Shown here: positions 13,488-26,795 of the stretch, in pieces | Numbering within the stretch: position 1 is the stretch's first letter | Layout of the letters: each line of letters starts with the position of its first letter | Source: Octopus bimaculoides | Taxonomy: Eukaryota | Reading direction: 5' to 3' | NCBI RefSeq assembly: GCF_001194135.2 | Contig: NC_069003.1 | Coordinates: 1,903,658-1,967,657, forward strand | DNA: 64,000 bases | Notes under the pieces: generated by a model | What the model was told of the DNA's origin: nothing | Seen by the model: the letters and a program-made list of their open reading frames with translations, nothing else | Database searches by the model: none | Position numbers and translations under genes: made by a program

Positions 13488-13742
13488 TCACACCCACACA
13501 CACACACCCACACCCACACCCACATCCACACCCACACCCACACACACNNNNNNNNNNNNNNNNNNNNNNNNNNNNNNNNNNNNNNNNNNNNNNNNNNNNN
13601 NNNNNNNNNNNNNNNNNNNNNNNNNNNNNNNNNNNNNNNNNNNNNNNNNNNNNNNNNNNNNNNNNNNNNNNNNNNNNNNNNNNNNNNNNNNNNNNNNNNN
13701 NNNNNNNNCCACCCACACCCACACCCACACCCACACCCACAC
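13488..13742. repeat. (CACACC)n hexamer repeat interrupted by an assembly gap (13548-13708)
   Basis: The repeat is visible on both sides of the gap. Confidence 0.9.
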
Positions 13743-13788
13743 ATATTAAAAGATAGAGAGAGAGAGAGAGACGGAGAGATAAGACACT

Positions 13789-13985
13789 GGTTTCAAATTT
13801 TAGCTAAAGACCAGTAAGTTTGGAGGAAGGGGTAAGCCGATTACATTGCCCCCAGGGCTCAACTGGTATTTATATTATCGAGAGCGGGAAAGGTAATGTC
13901 GATGCCGAAGGAATTTGAAATCAGAACGTAAAGATGGACGTCACCCGAATAAACACCTCACCACCGTGCTGACGATTCAGTCTGT
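13789..13985 (-). mobile_element. SINE family B
   Basis: CAACTGGTATTTTATATTATCGAG..GGAATTTGAAATCAGAACGTAAAGATGGACG..GTGCTGACGATTC. Confidence 0.75.
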
Positions 13986-14746
13986 TCTCCTCGGCCTAAC
14001 ACACTTCATCGATGTAAAGTGGTGATATTTAAACGGTTTAAATAATGTTGTATCATAATAATTGAATCACACTCAGTTCTAAACATATTCCTTTAAACAA
14101 TGCAAAAATGCAACATTTAATTATTTTTAAAGTTGAAATTAAATTGAAAAACAAATAAATTATCACAAAAAGAACTCTCAAAGAAATACCAAAGAAAGCA
14201 TTTCTCTTTATCTTTCTTAAAATAAAGCATAACTTCAAAATGCTGAAATGCGATAAAAATCTGGAATTAAATCTTTAAATCTTAAATTGTATCACCAGGG
14301 GAGGGGGTTGGCTAGTTTGCAAAGCTGAGCTGAGAGTGAGTTCCTAAATAATATCAAGGAAGAAAACCGAAAACACACCAATAACAACAACAATAGCATT
14401 ACAGCATTTAAAACGAATAACAAATTTATGTGAGTGTTTATACGACGAACTTACCAGTGAATGGTTAGAGAGATGTTAAAGACGCAGAAAAAACAGCTGA
14501 TTTTCTATCTAAAAGCGCTGTGGTGTTTAAAAATACGAGGCATATCAAATACACAGTTCATAGACAACGATCAAAATATGGGCTGTTAGAGACTGGAACG
14601 GTATTGCTTTTACTTCTCTTTAATCAATATCTGAAATTACTTCCTACCATCCAAGAAACGAACGGACGCAGACGTTAGTGTAGTATTAAATACGTTTATC
14701 ATGAGAATATCCAGAGTAGTTTATTGACTGATAATATATCGTCGTC

Positions 14747-14945
14747 GGCTATCATTAGCACGCCGGATAAAATGCTTAGCGGCATTTCGTCCGAGCTTGC
14801 GTTCTGTGTTCATATTTCGCCGTGGTCGACTTTGCTCTCATCATTTCGAAGTTGATAACATAATTACCAGCTGAGCTCTGGAATTGATGCAATCAATTTA
14901 CCCCCCTCCTCCAAACTGCTGACCTTGTGCCAAAAATTGAAACCA
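14747..14945 (+). mobile_element. SINE family B
   Basis: TTAGCACGCCGGATAAAATGCTTAGCGGCATTTCGTC..GTCGACTTTGC..ACCTTGTGCCAAAAATTGAAACCA. Confidence 0.8.
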
Positions 14946-15537
14946 ATATGTAGTTGGTAGCTGAGTACAAATGTGAAGGAAACAGCTAGCAGTCATACAT
15001 CTGCTTTTGATTTACTGATTCCATTCATTCATGATTAGAACCGCTCTTAATACGCTCACCATTGACTTCACGAAACCTAAGGGAGATGTGAGCTAAAGGA
15101 AGAGAAGGGCGTGATATTTGCTATGCACTTTAATTTATTAACACGTCACCCGCAATCCTTCAGATGAGATAGACTTTCTCCACAAATGATGTAAGAATCG
15201 CTAATGAATATTTAGGAAAGATATTGTCTGACGGCCAAAAGAATTGTTTTAATCCATTGCGCAAGAAGGCATTTAATATTATAGGCAAAACAATGGCTGT
15301 GAGATAACGTTCAGTAGGTAGGATTTGAAATTAAACGGCTGACAGAAAAAAGAGAAGTAATTCCGTTTATCAATCGCTTTTGATTGGGGTATCTCTTTTA
15401 TCGACCGCAGTATGATGAAAGAGAAAAATTGAGTTCGACAAGATATAAAAGCTGAGCCTATAAACACAGCCGATATACGATATTTTCTTCAATGCTGAAA
15501 ACATTCAGGCATCCTACTGACCTGAAATCGTTCATTC

Positions 15538-15742
15538 GAGCTGGCAGAATTGTTATCACGGCGGGCAAATGCTACACCGCAATACATCAGTCTATATGTT
15601 CTGAGTTCAAATTCGGCAGTGATTGACGTTGCCTTTCATAATTTCGGGGTCGATGAAATGACTATCACTTGAGCAATGAGGTCAATGAAATCGACTTGAG
15701 CTCCCCTCCCGAAGTTGATGACTTGTGCCAATATTTGAAATC
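15538..15742 (+). mobile_element. SINE family B (further partial copy at 15956-16098)
   Basis: GAGCTGGCAGAATTGTTATCACG..TTCTGAGTTCAAATTC..TTGCCTTTCAT..CGGGGTCGAT..ACTTGTGCC. Confidence 0.8.
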
Positions 15743-16921
15743 GATATATCAAGAATAACAGTGAAAAGATTTGAACTCGGATTAAATACACGATAAAATA
15801 CTGCAAGCCATTTTGTCCGCTGCTTTAAAGGGTCTACCTGTCCACTACTTTAAGTTACGAACGTACTATTTGGGTTAAGGTTAGGTTTAGAGTTCTGTTA
15901 GAGACTCTAAGCGTTCTACATCAATTCTATTAAAGTATCTCTTGTACGGGCATGCTTGTGTTCGATTCCCAACGAGATTGACTTTGCCTTTCATCCCCTT
16001 CGTGAGTGATAAAATAAGTACCCATTCAGTACTAGCGCCAATGTCATTGACATGATTCTTCCCCCAAAATAGCTGGCCTTATTCTAAAATTTCAAACCAT
16101 CATGGTTCTGCTAGGTAAGCATTGGCACGGATTAATATAAAAGGCATACATAGAATATTCTCGATAATATAACAATGTTGAAATGTATAAAGTAACCACA
16201 AAATCACTAACTAACAGCAGTAAATTTTTATAAACTATGGCTAGGTTAAGTGCTAACAGTTTTACATGCAAATATCTGCTCCAGAATCAATGCAGCAAAC
16301 GGAAGAATAAGAGAAAATATAATTAAAGATCAGACAACGTATAGAGGAGTAAATATGGGATTTCAGAGTGTGGGAAAAGAGAGAAACAAGGGAAGAGGTG
16401 TGATAGATTGATAGTGAGTGAAACAATGTGTAATCACGTGGGAAAGTGTCGAAGAGAGAGATAGAGATAGAGATAGAGATATCAATAGAGCGTGAGTGAG
16501 AATGAGGCATATATACAGAGAAAGAGAAATGGAGATAGGGAAAGGGGTGAGGTTAGTTAGAGATAAGGGTGAAAGATCGAGAAATAATAGAAATGATGAA
16601 TTATAATATAGCTGAAAGGTGCCACAGAATTTGGACGAAATCCATTCCATACATTCAATTTCTGATCTTTTACTCAGCGATGCCAAAAAAATAGAAACTA
16701 GCTAATAACAGCGCTATAAACAACGGCAATAAGAAGACATCAAGAACGAAGAGGACAACACCAAAGGCGGCATCGGCGGCGGCAGCGACGGAAGCAGTGC
16801 CAGTTAGAAGAAACAACAAACAATGAACAGAGACTAAAAGTGTACAGCATTCATTGAAATGAAATACGTCCAGTTGTGCGAACGCATTCGCAATTTAATA
16901 CATGCACAATGTCTGTAATTG

Positions 16922-16955
<34 letters not shown>

Positions 16956-17139
16956 ACTTGGGGATGGTCATATATACATATATATATATGTGTGTGTGTA
17001 TATATTTGTTTTTTTTTGGCGGTTGAGAAAGACAGGCCCGATATTGTATAACTAGGGATTCCAAGCCAGATGGGAAGAAGGAGGAAGATATCCTAAAATT
17101 ATTGGTCTAGCTTAAAGTTTACCAATATTCAACGACGTT

Positions 17140-17351
17140 AAGGCGGTGAGCTAGCAGAGGCGTTAGCACGGCGGGCGAAATTTAGCGGTATTTCGTCTGC
17201 TGTTACGTTCTGAGTTCAAATTCCGCCGAGGTCGGCTTTGCCTTTCATTCTTTCGGAGTCGATAAATTAAGAAGTACCAGTTGTGTATTGGGGTTGATCT
17301 AATCGACCGGCCCCCTCTCCCAAAATTTCGCACCTTGTGCCTAGAGTAGAA
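17140..17351 (+). mobile_element. SINE family B, best-preserved copy
   Basis: AAGGCGGTGAGCTAGCAGAGGCGTTAGC (A-box region), GAGTTCAAATTCC (B box), GGCTTTGCCTTTCAT..GTCGATAAATTAAG..CAAAATTTCGCACCTTGTGCCTAGAGTAGAA. Other copies or fragments: 17515-17610(-), 19556-19771(+), 24048-24250(-), 27716-27755(-), 32395-32495(-), 32661-32792(-), 47395-47490(-), 52555-52690(-), 55953-56099(-), 56128-56362(-), 62000-62150(-), 63838-63985(-). Confidence 0.92.
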
Positions 17352-17904
17352 AAGAATATTCAGCAACGCTAAAAGTACTGAAGCTACCTCCTGGAGGCGT
17401 TAAACCAAATATTCCATACTGGTATTTACCCTTAGAGTAAAGATCAGAATTATATACCTCAAAGAATCCGTTCCAATATATTCCGCCGATTCATTGTCCT
17501 CAATTTAATTGCTATGTTTCCCCTAAAGGATGGATAGCAACGATGACGTCGGCCAATTTGAACCCACAATGCAGAGAACTTGAACAAATACTGCAAGTCA
17601 CTCTACGCAATACTCTGTCTGAAAATTAAGCGTGTATGTATATTATCGAGGATTGCATTAGATTCACAGAACGGCTAATATAAAGTATTAACAGGATTAA
17701 GAGTCATACCTAATTAGTTAATTATCGGAGTTAAGATTAGCACTTGTGCCAATTAGCCATAGATTACTTGGTAATGGTGTAAATACTTTCTAATTGCTTA
17801 TGAAAGAAAAATTGGAAGTTATAGTTCGTTAGCGATAGAGAAAATAAAATGTTTGTTATGCCAAAGAGGAATCTTTTATCTTTTACTTGCTTAATCATTG
17901 TACT

Positions 17905-18286
17905 ACAGCCATGCTGAGGCATCGGCTGAAAGAATTTTAGCCGAATGAATCAAGTGCAAGATTTCTAAGTTTTTAAACTCGGTACTTATTTTATTGATTC
18001 TTTTTGCCAAACCGACAGGTTGCCAAACAGTGCAGTGGAACAAACACAGACACAGGCACAAAGACACGGGCGCATGCACACACGCGAACACATACACAGG
18101 CAGACACACCCACATATACGTATATCATGTACGGGCATCTTTCGGTTTCTGTCTTTGAAATCCACTCGCAAGTATTCGGTAGCCTTGAACATATAGTAGA
18201 AAATACTTAACCTATAATCTATGCAGTGAGATTAAACTGAGGAACATGTAGTTGGCAAGGAACCTTCGTACCACACAGCCACGCCT
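17905..18286 (-). mobile_element. Full-length composite SINE: A head/body + internal microsatellite + C tail
   Basis: On the minus strand, family A (18286-18130) runs into a TG-rich spacer (about 18125-18062) and then into family C (18062-17905). Confidence 0.75.
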
Positions 18287-19178
18287 CTGCCTCTATGTAT
18301 AAGAAGTTATCTTGGAGATCAGAGACGAGTAAGTAACAATTAAGGTGAATATGCTTGACTGAGTTAATTGCTCACGTGCACACATACATACATACACACA
18401 CGCATACATAGACACCACTCGAAATGAGTGACGCGTTTCTTTTATACAATGAAGACCGGTCCTAATATAATACATAACAAGTTTTCTCTTTACTCCTTCA
18501 ATCTCATTTACACTAACAATGTATTTCACAAATGTATTTCTTTTAAATCCGTCTTAAAAGATGCTACGATTCTAAATTGTGTCCATATCATAGCTGTGAT
18601 TCGAAACCGAACTGCTAAATAGCCGATCAAACCATAAATGTTTCACGCGATCGGTCTACTAAGCGACCAACCAACATCAAATCATTTTGTGATTGAATTT
18701 TATAGAACGTTTTTCGTTGAGACATATCAAAAAGGTAATAACCTGAATTTTGACACGGATACCTCTCGTTCCCATTCTCATTAATACATCGCACCGATTA
18801 AGACAGAATATGTCTGACAGTAGATAGGAATTTTCGTCGCCACGAATATAGCGCAAGTACTTACCACATATTGCTATATCAGTTAACTTGTGGTCAAACC
18901 CAAGCAGTATATCTCTCCTTGTATGTAATTATTGCCGTTAGAATTTGTAAAAAAACAAACACAGTTAAAACTTTACGTGCGTATATAAAATCTTCTGGTA
19001 ATCGTTCGCGGATGTTGTTAGTCACTTCTTTGCGAGACCAAGAAATTTTGCTTTTCATTCCCCAACACCGCAACAGCAGCGACAATCACATACCAGGTGT
19101 CAGTTTCTAACACAATAATTATAAGCTAAATTACAAACGCATTGAATCAATGTGTTAAACTATAACTTTACTAAGAAT

Positions 19179-19232
<54 letters not shown>

Positions 19233-19555
19233 ATATATATGCGTGTGTGCGTACACGCTTATGTGTATGTGTGTAAGAATAGTATCGTCTATAAGATAAT
19301 GAGCATTCTGTGCTTGTGGGAAATCCTCTAAATGCGGATTTATCCAAATTCTTTGAAAGAGGATCTTAGAACCTTTCAATAAAATATTATATTAGAGGGA
19401 TAATACGCACGGACAGCAATCTTAAAGATATAATTCTCAAATGACAGGGTTACTCTAGGTGTTCATACTAGAAACAGCTGCTGATACACCCTTATATATA
19501 ACCATATAATCTTAAATATATTACAAAGGCGATAGTTAATATAATCTGTCTTAGA

Positions 19556-19771
19556 GAGGCAGCGAGCAGGAAGAATTCTTAGCACGCCCGGCGAAATCCT
19601 TAGCAGCATTTGGTGCGTCTTTACGCTCTGTAGTCTAGTTCCTCCGAGGTCGACTTTGCCATTCATCATTTCGAGATCGATAAAATAATTAACAGTGTAG
19701 CACTGGGTATCTATTTAGTGGACTTATCCTCCCCAACAAAATTACAGATTTATGTCAGAATTTGAAACCAA
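19556..19771 (+). mobile_element. SINE family B
   Basis: AGGCAGCGAGCAGGAAGAATTCTTAGCACGCCCGGCGAAAT..CGAGGTCGACTTTGCC..AATTTGAAACCA. Confidence 0.85.
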
Positions 19772-20984
19772 TATAATCTGCTTACAACACACCAAAGAAT
19801 ACCGGATGTTCACAGCCCGAATGCTATGGAACTCTTGTCTTTGGACTGGAATTTTACTTGATTTTAAGCCACAACATCTGTTATATAAGATAAAAGATAA
19901 AAAAAGTTTCTAGAAATAACAGCCAGATTTAACGCATATCATACCTTCTCTTCTTAGTAACGGGAATTACAAAATGATAATGTAGTATTTTTATGCTGTG
20001 TAATTAAAACAAATGAGATGGTCACGAATGCTATGTCTTATACGATAACTTTCCATGAATATAATTGAACTGAGGTAACGTAGGCAAACACAACTTGACT
20101 GACTAAAAATTGTTGTCAAATTATGAGATGATAGTATAAAACATTTTATTGTCTTAAAGCAAAGAGAAAAACCAATGACATTTCTACAAATGGAATTATT
20201 GCAATTAGACACGTGCGAGATTAACACTAATCCAAGGGTTAATCCGAAGGAAACAACAGGAGCAAGATGAAATAATAAAGAGAATAGACATCTTTGTAGC
20301 CTTAAAACAAAATACAAAGAAATAATAGGATGCAGTAATATAAGAATTTGCTGAGAGGCAGAAACGGAATGCAGAAACTGATGCTCTTAAAGAACACAGA
20401 TGGAATCAGTACAAATTGCTTAAAGATTCTTAAAGAAATTTGTAAAAATTCCATGTGAGATTTTGAAAGAAGTAGTCAAATCCGAAAAATAAAATTCTTG
20501 AAGTGAATTGTGTTGATGCTTTAGATATAAAAAAAGCAATAGAAAAATGGTTAGTGAAGCAGTTAAAATGCTTGAGGATAAATAACAAAAAGACCATTGC
20601 GAATCAGTGAACAACAAGATATTATCAAAGTCACAGATAAATGAAATAAAAAGCAGAAATGCCCATGAGAGACTATGCTAAGATCTGTACAGACTATAGG
20701 ACAAAAGAATACTACATTATCGAGAAATATAAAAATGTGAATGAATGAATAAAAGACTAAAAAATAACCTGAAAAAAAAAGTACTATTGAAAAGGAAATC
20801 AACAGCAGAGATTATCAAGCATGGAAACAAATATTTCAAATCGATCGAAAATGGAAATAGATCTATATCTTCTTGACGGCTGCAGAGCCTCAAGCACCCG
20901 ACGTTATCCGGAGAGAAGTTCTTTTTAAAACAGTAATAATGCCAAATATTACATCGTAAACGTGATTAACAAAAGCTGGTATCG

Positions 20985-21280
20985 AAGATCAATCCCATAC
21001 TTCTTGAAATGTCATACGATTATCAAAGCAGGAAATATATCCAATGATACATTGTCATATTGAAACTTTAACACAAACACCGGGAAGGGCGGTGATATTT
21101 GTGAAGGGCTCTATGATCAGAGAAAGGAGTTTTCTTGGTCAGGAAACAAGTGCAATAACATAGATGAATCAATGCCTTTCCTGTAATATTAGAAGCAAGC
21201 AAGTAAAACATTTTAAAAAGGTCAACTCTTCAAGCTTTTCCTACTATTTCAAATAGTTTTCATGTAGATACCTAAAAAGG
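20985..21280 (+). mobile_element. Possible piggyBac-like relic
   Basis: IDESM at 21160-21174 is followed by KQ...G..FKLF, with a PYF/MS-like segment upstream. Many stops; the call rests mainly on one motif. Confidence 0.3.
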
Positions 21281-21647
21281 TAACTTACACATTTTTCTCC
21301 TCTAGCAAAGAAAATATTTTATCTCACGATGGAGGGGGTTAGATATTAAATAATATTAGATATTATATGCATGCCAAGTTTCTAGACGTTGTCTTATGGA
21401 AAAGAGAGTTTCCTTAAATTAATGAAGAAGCTGGGTTAATTCTGTCTTTTCTTCTAGAAGTCATTCACAGAGCATTGATAGCCCCTGGGTAAGAGTAGAT
21501 GGCACTTCAGACCCATTATGATTAACGTGCCAAGCAATGCTATTGAACGAGACTGTGTGGTTGCTAAGCAGCTATCTTAACCACACTACTATTACAATAA
21601 TGCTTCCGATACTGTATTACAATAATGCTTTCGATACTACTACTACT

Positions 21648-21697
<50 letters not shown>

Positions 21698-22384
21698 TGT
21701 AGTTTGTTTTATTGTGACATTTTCAACGTTTTTCAACAGGTTGTTGTTTTTTTTCCGCTTCCAAATTCAGATCTTCCTCAACCACGTTGAAACAATTCAA
21801 CCGAACAGTTGACAGCTCAACAGTGACGTTCGCTGGTGTGGCTTGTTGAGAATGAAACATCATAATTAATACGCTTCTACTTCAAAAGTAGAACTGTATA
21901 AAAGAAAATAATACTTACGCACAAATATAAGTACCCAAACACACATCAACATACACACAATCAAACACACACACACACACATGCAAACACACTCGCATGT
22001 CCATATAAACGAAACTGATCTTCCAGCACATTCGAAAATGTGCATTTCAGTTGTTCGATCACATGCTTTGTATCGATTTATCAGCTGAGTGATAGATTTT
22101 GTTTTTTTGAGATATTTTTTCCATAGACACAGTTACCCGCCATATAATTCTGCAGTAGAAACAACCTCACACAGATCATACCGTCGAAGAAATTGACCCC
22201 ATTACGTTTTTAAAGTTGAATTAAATTCAGGAAAATAAATTGTTGTAGAAACGATTATCTATTGTCATTTAGAATTATTTAATGTTCTCACTCATTCCTG
22301 CCTGTTCGCAAATGTTCAAACTGCCTTCCTTCATTTATTCTTTTTTCTGTAATTTTTTAATTTTATCTTTTATTTTTTCGTTTG

Positions 22385-22560
22385 TCTCCCAATAGTTGAG
22401 TCGCTGAGTTGTTTCAGGATTGTAAATCTTTCTCCCTAACCGACGAAACTTACATTTGAAGTATTTCCAAGTATTTTGATGATCCGTCATAACTTCTTTC
22501 ATGAAGTACTCGTTCGTGTTAAAGCATATTTGTGAGTAGGTCTTATGCGCAACAAATTTC
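22385..22560 (-). mobile_element. Possible piggyBac-like N-terminal relic
   Basis: ICFNTNEY...TWKYF...LG..IY.P....NYWE loosely follows I...TN.YA...W...F.G...P...YW. Weak. Confidence 0.25.
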
Positions 22561-24779
22561 GCTTCAAATCCACGTTGAAAATTCTTTATTGTCAATATAT
22601 CCGTATATTTTTGCTCACCTTACCAAACCAGGGATTTTTCCGGCTTCAGACTTTAAGCGTTAGTTACTGGCAGTAGAGAAATAAAAATAAGAATTTAAAA
22701 GCAAAACAAGGCAAATGAATTAACTACAAAGGATTTTCTGCCTCATTTTCAAGGATTTCCTTTTTGCACGCAACTGAAAAACTTAAACAATTCTAGTCCC
22801 AAACGAAGGACTCGTGAGGTGAGGTGGAACTGAAATTTCTCTGAATAGCTTAACACCAGATAAAAGGATAATATTTCCAGTGTGTAGAAATACATCCTGA
22901 GAAACCACTTTCCATGAATGCACACATAGAATCATACACACTCACACGCGTGCACTCCCCCCACTCATTTATATATTGGTAAGCACGATCCAGGGATCTA
23001 CGTGTAGGAGGTTCATAAGCTTCAAACAAATAAGTGGCTAGTATAGAGGGCAAAAGCAGAAAGAGTCGATATAAAAATTGATTAACATGGAAAGTTACAC
23101 ATTTCTTCTCATAATGAAGTTAAATTGTATTTTCGATAAGCTAATTGTCACCATGCAACTCATGACTTCAGCACCAAACGCTGCTAAGAATGTTAATAAA
23201 TATCCAGAAACAAATGCGTGCAACAGGCTGTATATTCACTACAATTGTTTCATAACTAGCTGGAGTTCGTTACGTATGTAGTACCGAATTCAACGTAATC
23301 CACAAGATTGTGTGCTTTTGAGAAGATATGCAAGTTCTTGTTACTTTTTTTTATATGTGCGGCAATATATATGTATGTATATTATGTCAAATCATTCTAA
23401 TTAGCTGATTGATTGTACTAATCGTATATATAAGTCTATAAACAGGAAGTGCTATATTGCCAATGTGATATCGATTTGCAGTTAATGACCTTTAAGTGAC
23501 CATCACTGTTTACCATTCTCTACGACGTAGTCATTAATAATTTCCCCCTTCATTTTTTGTCCTCCAGCTCCAACCTCTCTTTATCATGTATTTCTTTAAT
23601 ATTTCAACTGTATAATTCAGAAACAATATATAAAAACGTAAGCAAAATTAAAAGAATGCAATGCACTTAAATCAGAAGCACAAACATATGGCAACCAGTT
23701 ATCCAAAAGGTTCCCATGATGCAATGTTTAGCAAAGTTGCCTTCATAACTCTCACTGAGACCGCGAATACACATTCTTAGCAGTCCTCAAATAAAATCGA
23801 TCTTCCAAGCGCAAAGCGAATTTTATCCAATGAATACAAATCCCTGATGTTATCAATTATTTGAGACGAAAATAATAGGGAAGATCATTAGTGCATTGGC
23901 CACCATCACAAACATTATCACCAGTAACACCTAAAGCACAGTGAAAGGCATTTCAAATTCATATATTTCGATTCTGCTAGATTCTAAGCTTTTATCGAAA
24001 TTACCAATTCGAATGAATGTATACCGCAATATAAAGCTTAGGATTGGTTTTAAATTTTGGCGTAGAGCCAATAACTTTTAGAGTGTGGGGGTAAGGTGTT
24101 CGCATCGACCCAAGTGCTAAAATTGTGCTTCCTTTGTCGACGAGGAAAGGGAGAAAGACACAGGCGACCTCGCCAGCAATGGAACGCCTGTAAAGGGCCG
24201 GAAAACAAGCTGCTAAGCAATTTTGTGTGACACGCTAACGATTCTGCTCTGTCGATATCTTGGAAGATAATCGTAACAAGGTAATCGAATAAACTCCTAT
24301 TTTACAAGAATTCAGAGTAAATAATGGAAGAAAGCATACAGATTTTCGACCTAAGTGTCATAGTATAACACCAGAACCACAAAGACGACGGTTTAGCACT
24401 AAAATTTGGCATACTTTAAAAAGGAACATAAATCGTAAAAGCATTCAAATACTTCAAGCCCAAATAATTATCCATCCAAAACAACCTACAACTTGTATGT
24501 TTCCTATCGCAAAATTATATAATTGCGCAAGAATCTTCAGCCTTACAGGGATGATATGCCGTAATCCCGTCTCGAAGCATTTTCCTAAAGTACAAGCCAT
24601 GTAAATATCCAATGGCGCAAAGTCTACGGATATAGTACCGTAGGTACTACAGATATAGCATTGTAGATTACCAATACAAACGGAAGAATACAGCAATATC
24701 AACAAATTGACTCGCAAAAAATTATGACAGTTTAGAGACATCAGATATGAAAAGAAAAATCAAACTTGAACGTATATGT

Positions 24780-25300
24780 TCTAATGCGAAAGAATCATTA
24801 ATAATAAAGCAGTGGAAACGAGAAGTGAAGCAAGCATGGATATCAATGGCATAAACCACTTGCATGAACAAGAAATCTACTGAATCATTTCTCATTAGTA
24901 ATTGCGTTTCTTCACTCCACCCAGATACAATATGTAATCTAACCTCAACGGGTATGGATGAAATAATATTGAAGAGAAAACAAGTGCTGGTGTTAAGAGC
25001 TTAGTGTTATCTCTAAATGAAGGAATGGAAGTTATATAAAGATACGGACGTGGTGGGAGCAAAGAAAATATGGGATTACACTTGGAAACCAATTAAGCTA
25101 CAGTGTGAACAGAGAGCAATTATAGAGAAAATAAATGACTTGAAGGGAAAGTGAAAGCTGCAATTTCAAGTACGCAATCAAGGAAGTATAGAAGAAATAT
25201 CATGAATGAAATAAAGGAGCTTTTGTGTTGCTTGTTAGAAGGTTACAACAATAATGGATTCCTCAAAGTAGCGCTGAAATTAAACAAGTAAGCATCATCT
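24780..25300 (+). mobile_element. Very old R4/Dong-like LINE C-terminal relic
   Basis: WHKP / LHEQ across a 1-nt frameshift (24847-24871; cf. W..KPLHGQ), then STESFLI (cf. ETEGFLIA) and KKIWDYT at 25062 (cf. KILWDF). The zinc knuckle between them is missing. Confidence 0.35.
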
Positions 25301-26758
25301 CAGTAATTATCGAAAAGTTAACAAAAGAAGGCGAGAGAGTCCAGGAGGAATTAAAGAAACAATTATTGCAAGTATAAAAATCGAAAAAGAATTCATAATG
25401 ATTGTGTAACAGGCTGCAAGTTCATTACGTGAATCTCTTCTGGCCACACATCTCCATCTTAAATTTATTGATGAAATGTTCAAAAATAGAAGACATCATA
25501 GCTTCGAGGAAATACATAATTTCCAAATCGGAATTCCATGACATAGAAGAAAATTAATTGGTTACGATCGTATTTAGTTTGGGTAAACCTTGTGTATAGG
25601 ATGGCACTACCAATCAAGAAGTCGATGAAGAAGTATAACAGAGGAAATGAACTTGAAGTAATATGATAGAACGTTTTAAGATCAGACAATCAATAAAGGA
25701 TATCAATCTTGAATTCGAACGAAACGCACTTTAGACACGAATGTTAGAAAAAGAATTTCGTTACTCCATGCACATTTCAAACACAACAATAAAACAGACA
25801 CATATATATATAGATACAAACTTACTTTACTGCATATGCACACGCATAACCGCACGTGCACATACATGCACATAATGTGTTTTATATCAGGTTGGTCAAT
25901 ACGCCAATAATGACACACACGCTGACTCTATTTTAGTTAAGCTATTCTTTTTATTAAATTCAGTAAAAATCAAATAATTAAGCGATTGTTTCTTTCATAG
26001 TTCGTTGCATCAATCCCAAGGACTTGTGAAAGTTACTTCATCGCCATTCGTGACCTGTGTGTTATGCCCCCGTCTAATCTAGACCTGCTTCATGTCTCTC
26101 TGTCTGTTTCCTACTTTAACATTTCCATAGCTATGTTTACTGCGTGAGTTTGAGTTTTTTTTACAGCCATTCTAGTTTGCAGAACAGAGTGAACGTAGAG
26201 CAAACTAACATCTTCATGTTAGTTAAAATAAAATGCCTATTTGTATGAGCGTATGTGTGCATGTAATGATGGATAGATGGATGGATGCATGCATTCTTAT
26301 TTCTAAGCATACCAAACAGTAGGTGTATACTGTGGGAATTGACCTGTTTTGCCCTTCTCTCAAAGAGACATCGTAAAAGAAAGAGACTTTTACATGAAAA
26401 GAAACTAAAAACCAAGTAACGGAAAGAGGGTGAGGAATAGAATCAATGAAAAATGGGGAAAGGGAAAGACAGAACCTAATAATGTGTTAAAAACGTAATC
26501 TCGCAGTATCTGACTTTAAATAACGCTATCTTGCAATTAATTAAAATTAGTTTTCTACCTGGATTGTGTAATTTACGATACAATAAGATGAAACTTGACA
26601 ATCACATATAAAAAAAATGCCGGAATCCTTTAAGAATTTTCTGTTTAGGGGAAAATCCAATAATTATTTTTAATTACCTTCTTCTAGTAATTGTTACATA
26701 CTCATAACAATTAATAAGCAACACTCTTCATTATAATATGGATGGTGCACACTTCCTC

Positions 26759-26795
26759 TCTTACCTGAAGAGAAAAGGTATAATGGAAATGTTTA
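26759..26795 (-). other. 3' splice site directly followed by a 5' splice site (candidate recursive splice site or exon start)
   Basis: Minus strand: GCTTAAAC-ATTTCCATTATACCTTTTCTCTTCAG|GTAAGA, junction 26765|26764. No AG between the branch-like motif and the CAG. Confidence 0.35.

Noticed and set aside
15871-15895. Interstitial telomere-like (TTAGGG) repeat
   Set aside because: Only about four degenerate units.
23700-23950. hAT transposase-like words on the minus strand (CDGG..RLK..CIHW)
   Set aside because: Too few conserved residues and several stops to call without a profile search.
26678-26764. Insulin-like or neuropeptide exon (GKR...EECC)
   Set aside because: The CCxxxC pattern needs a frameshift, the last A-chain Cys is absent, a stop follows, and no signal-peptide or B-chain exon was found.
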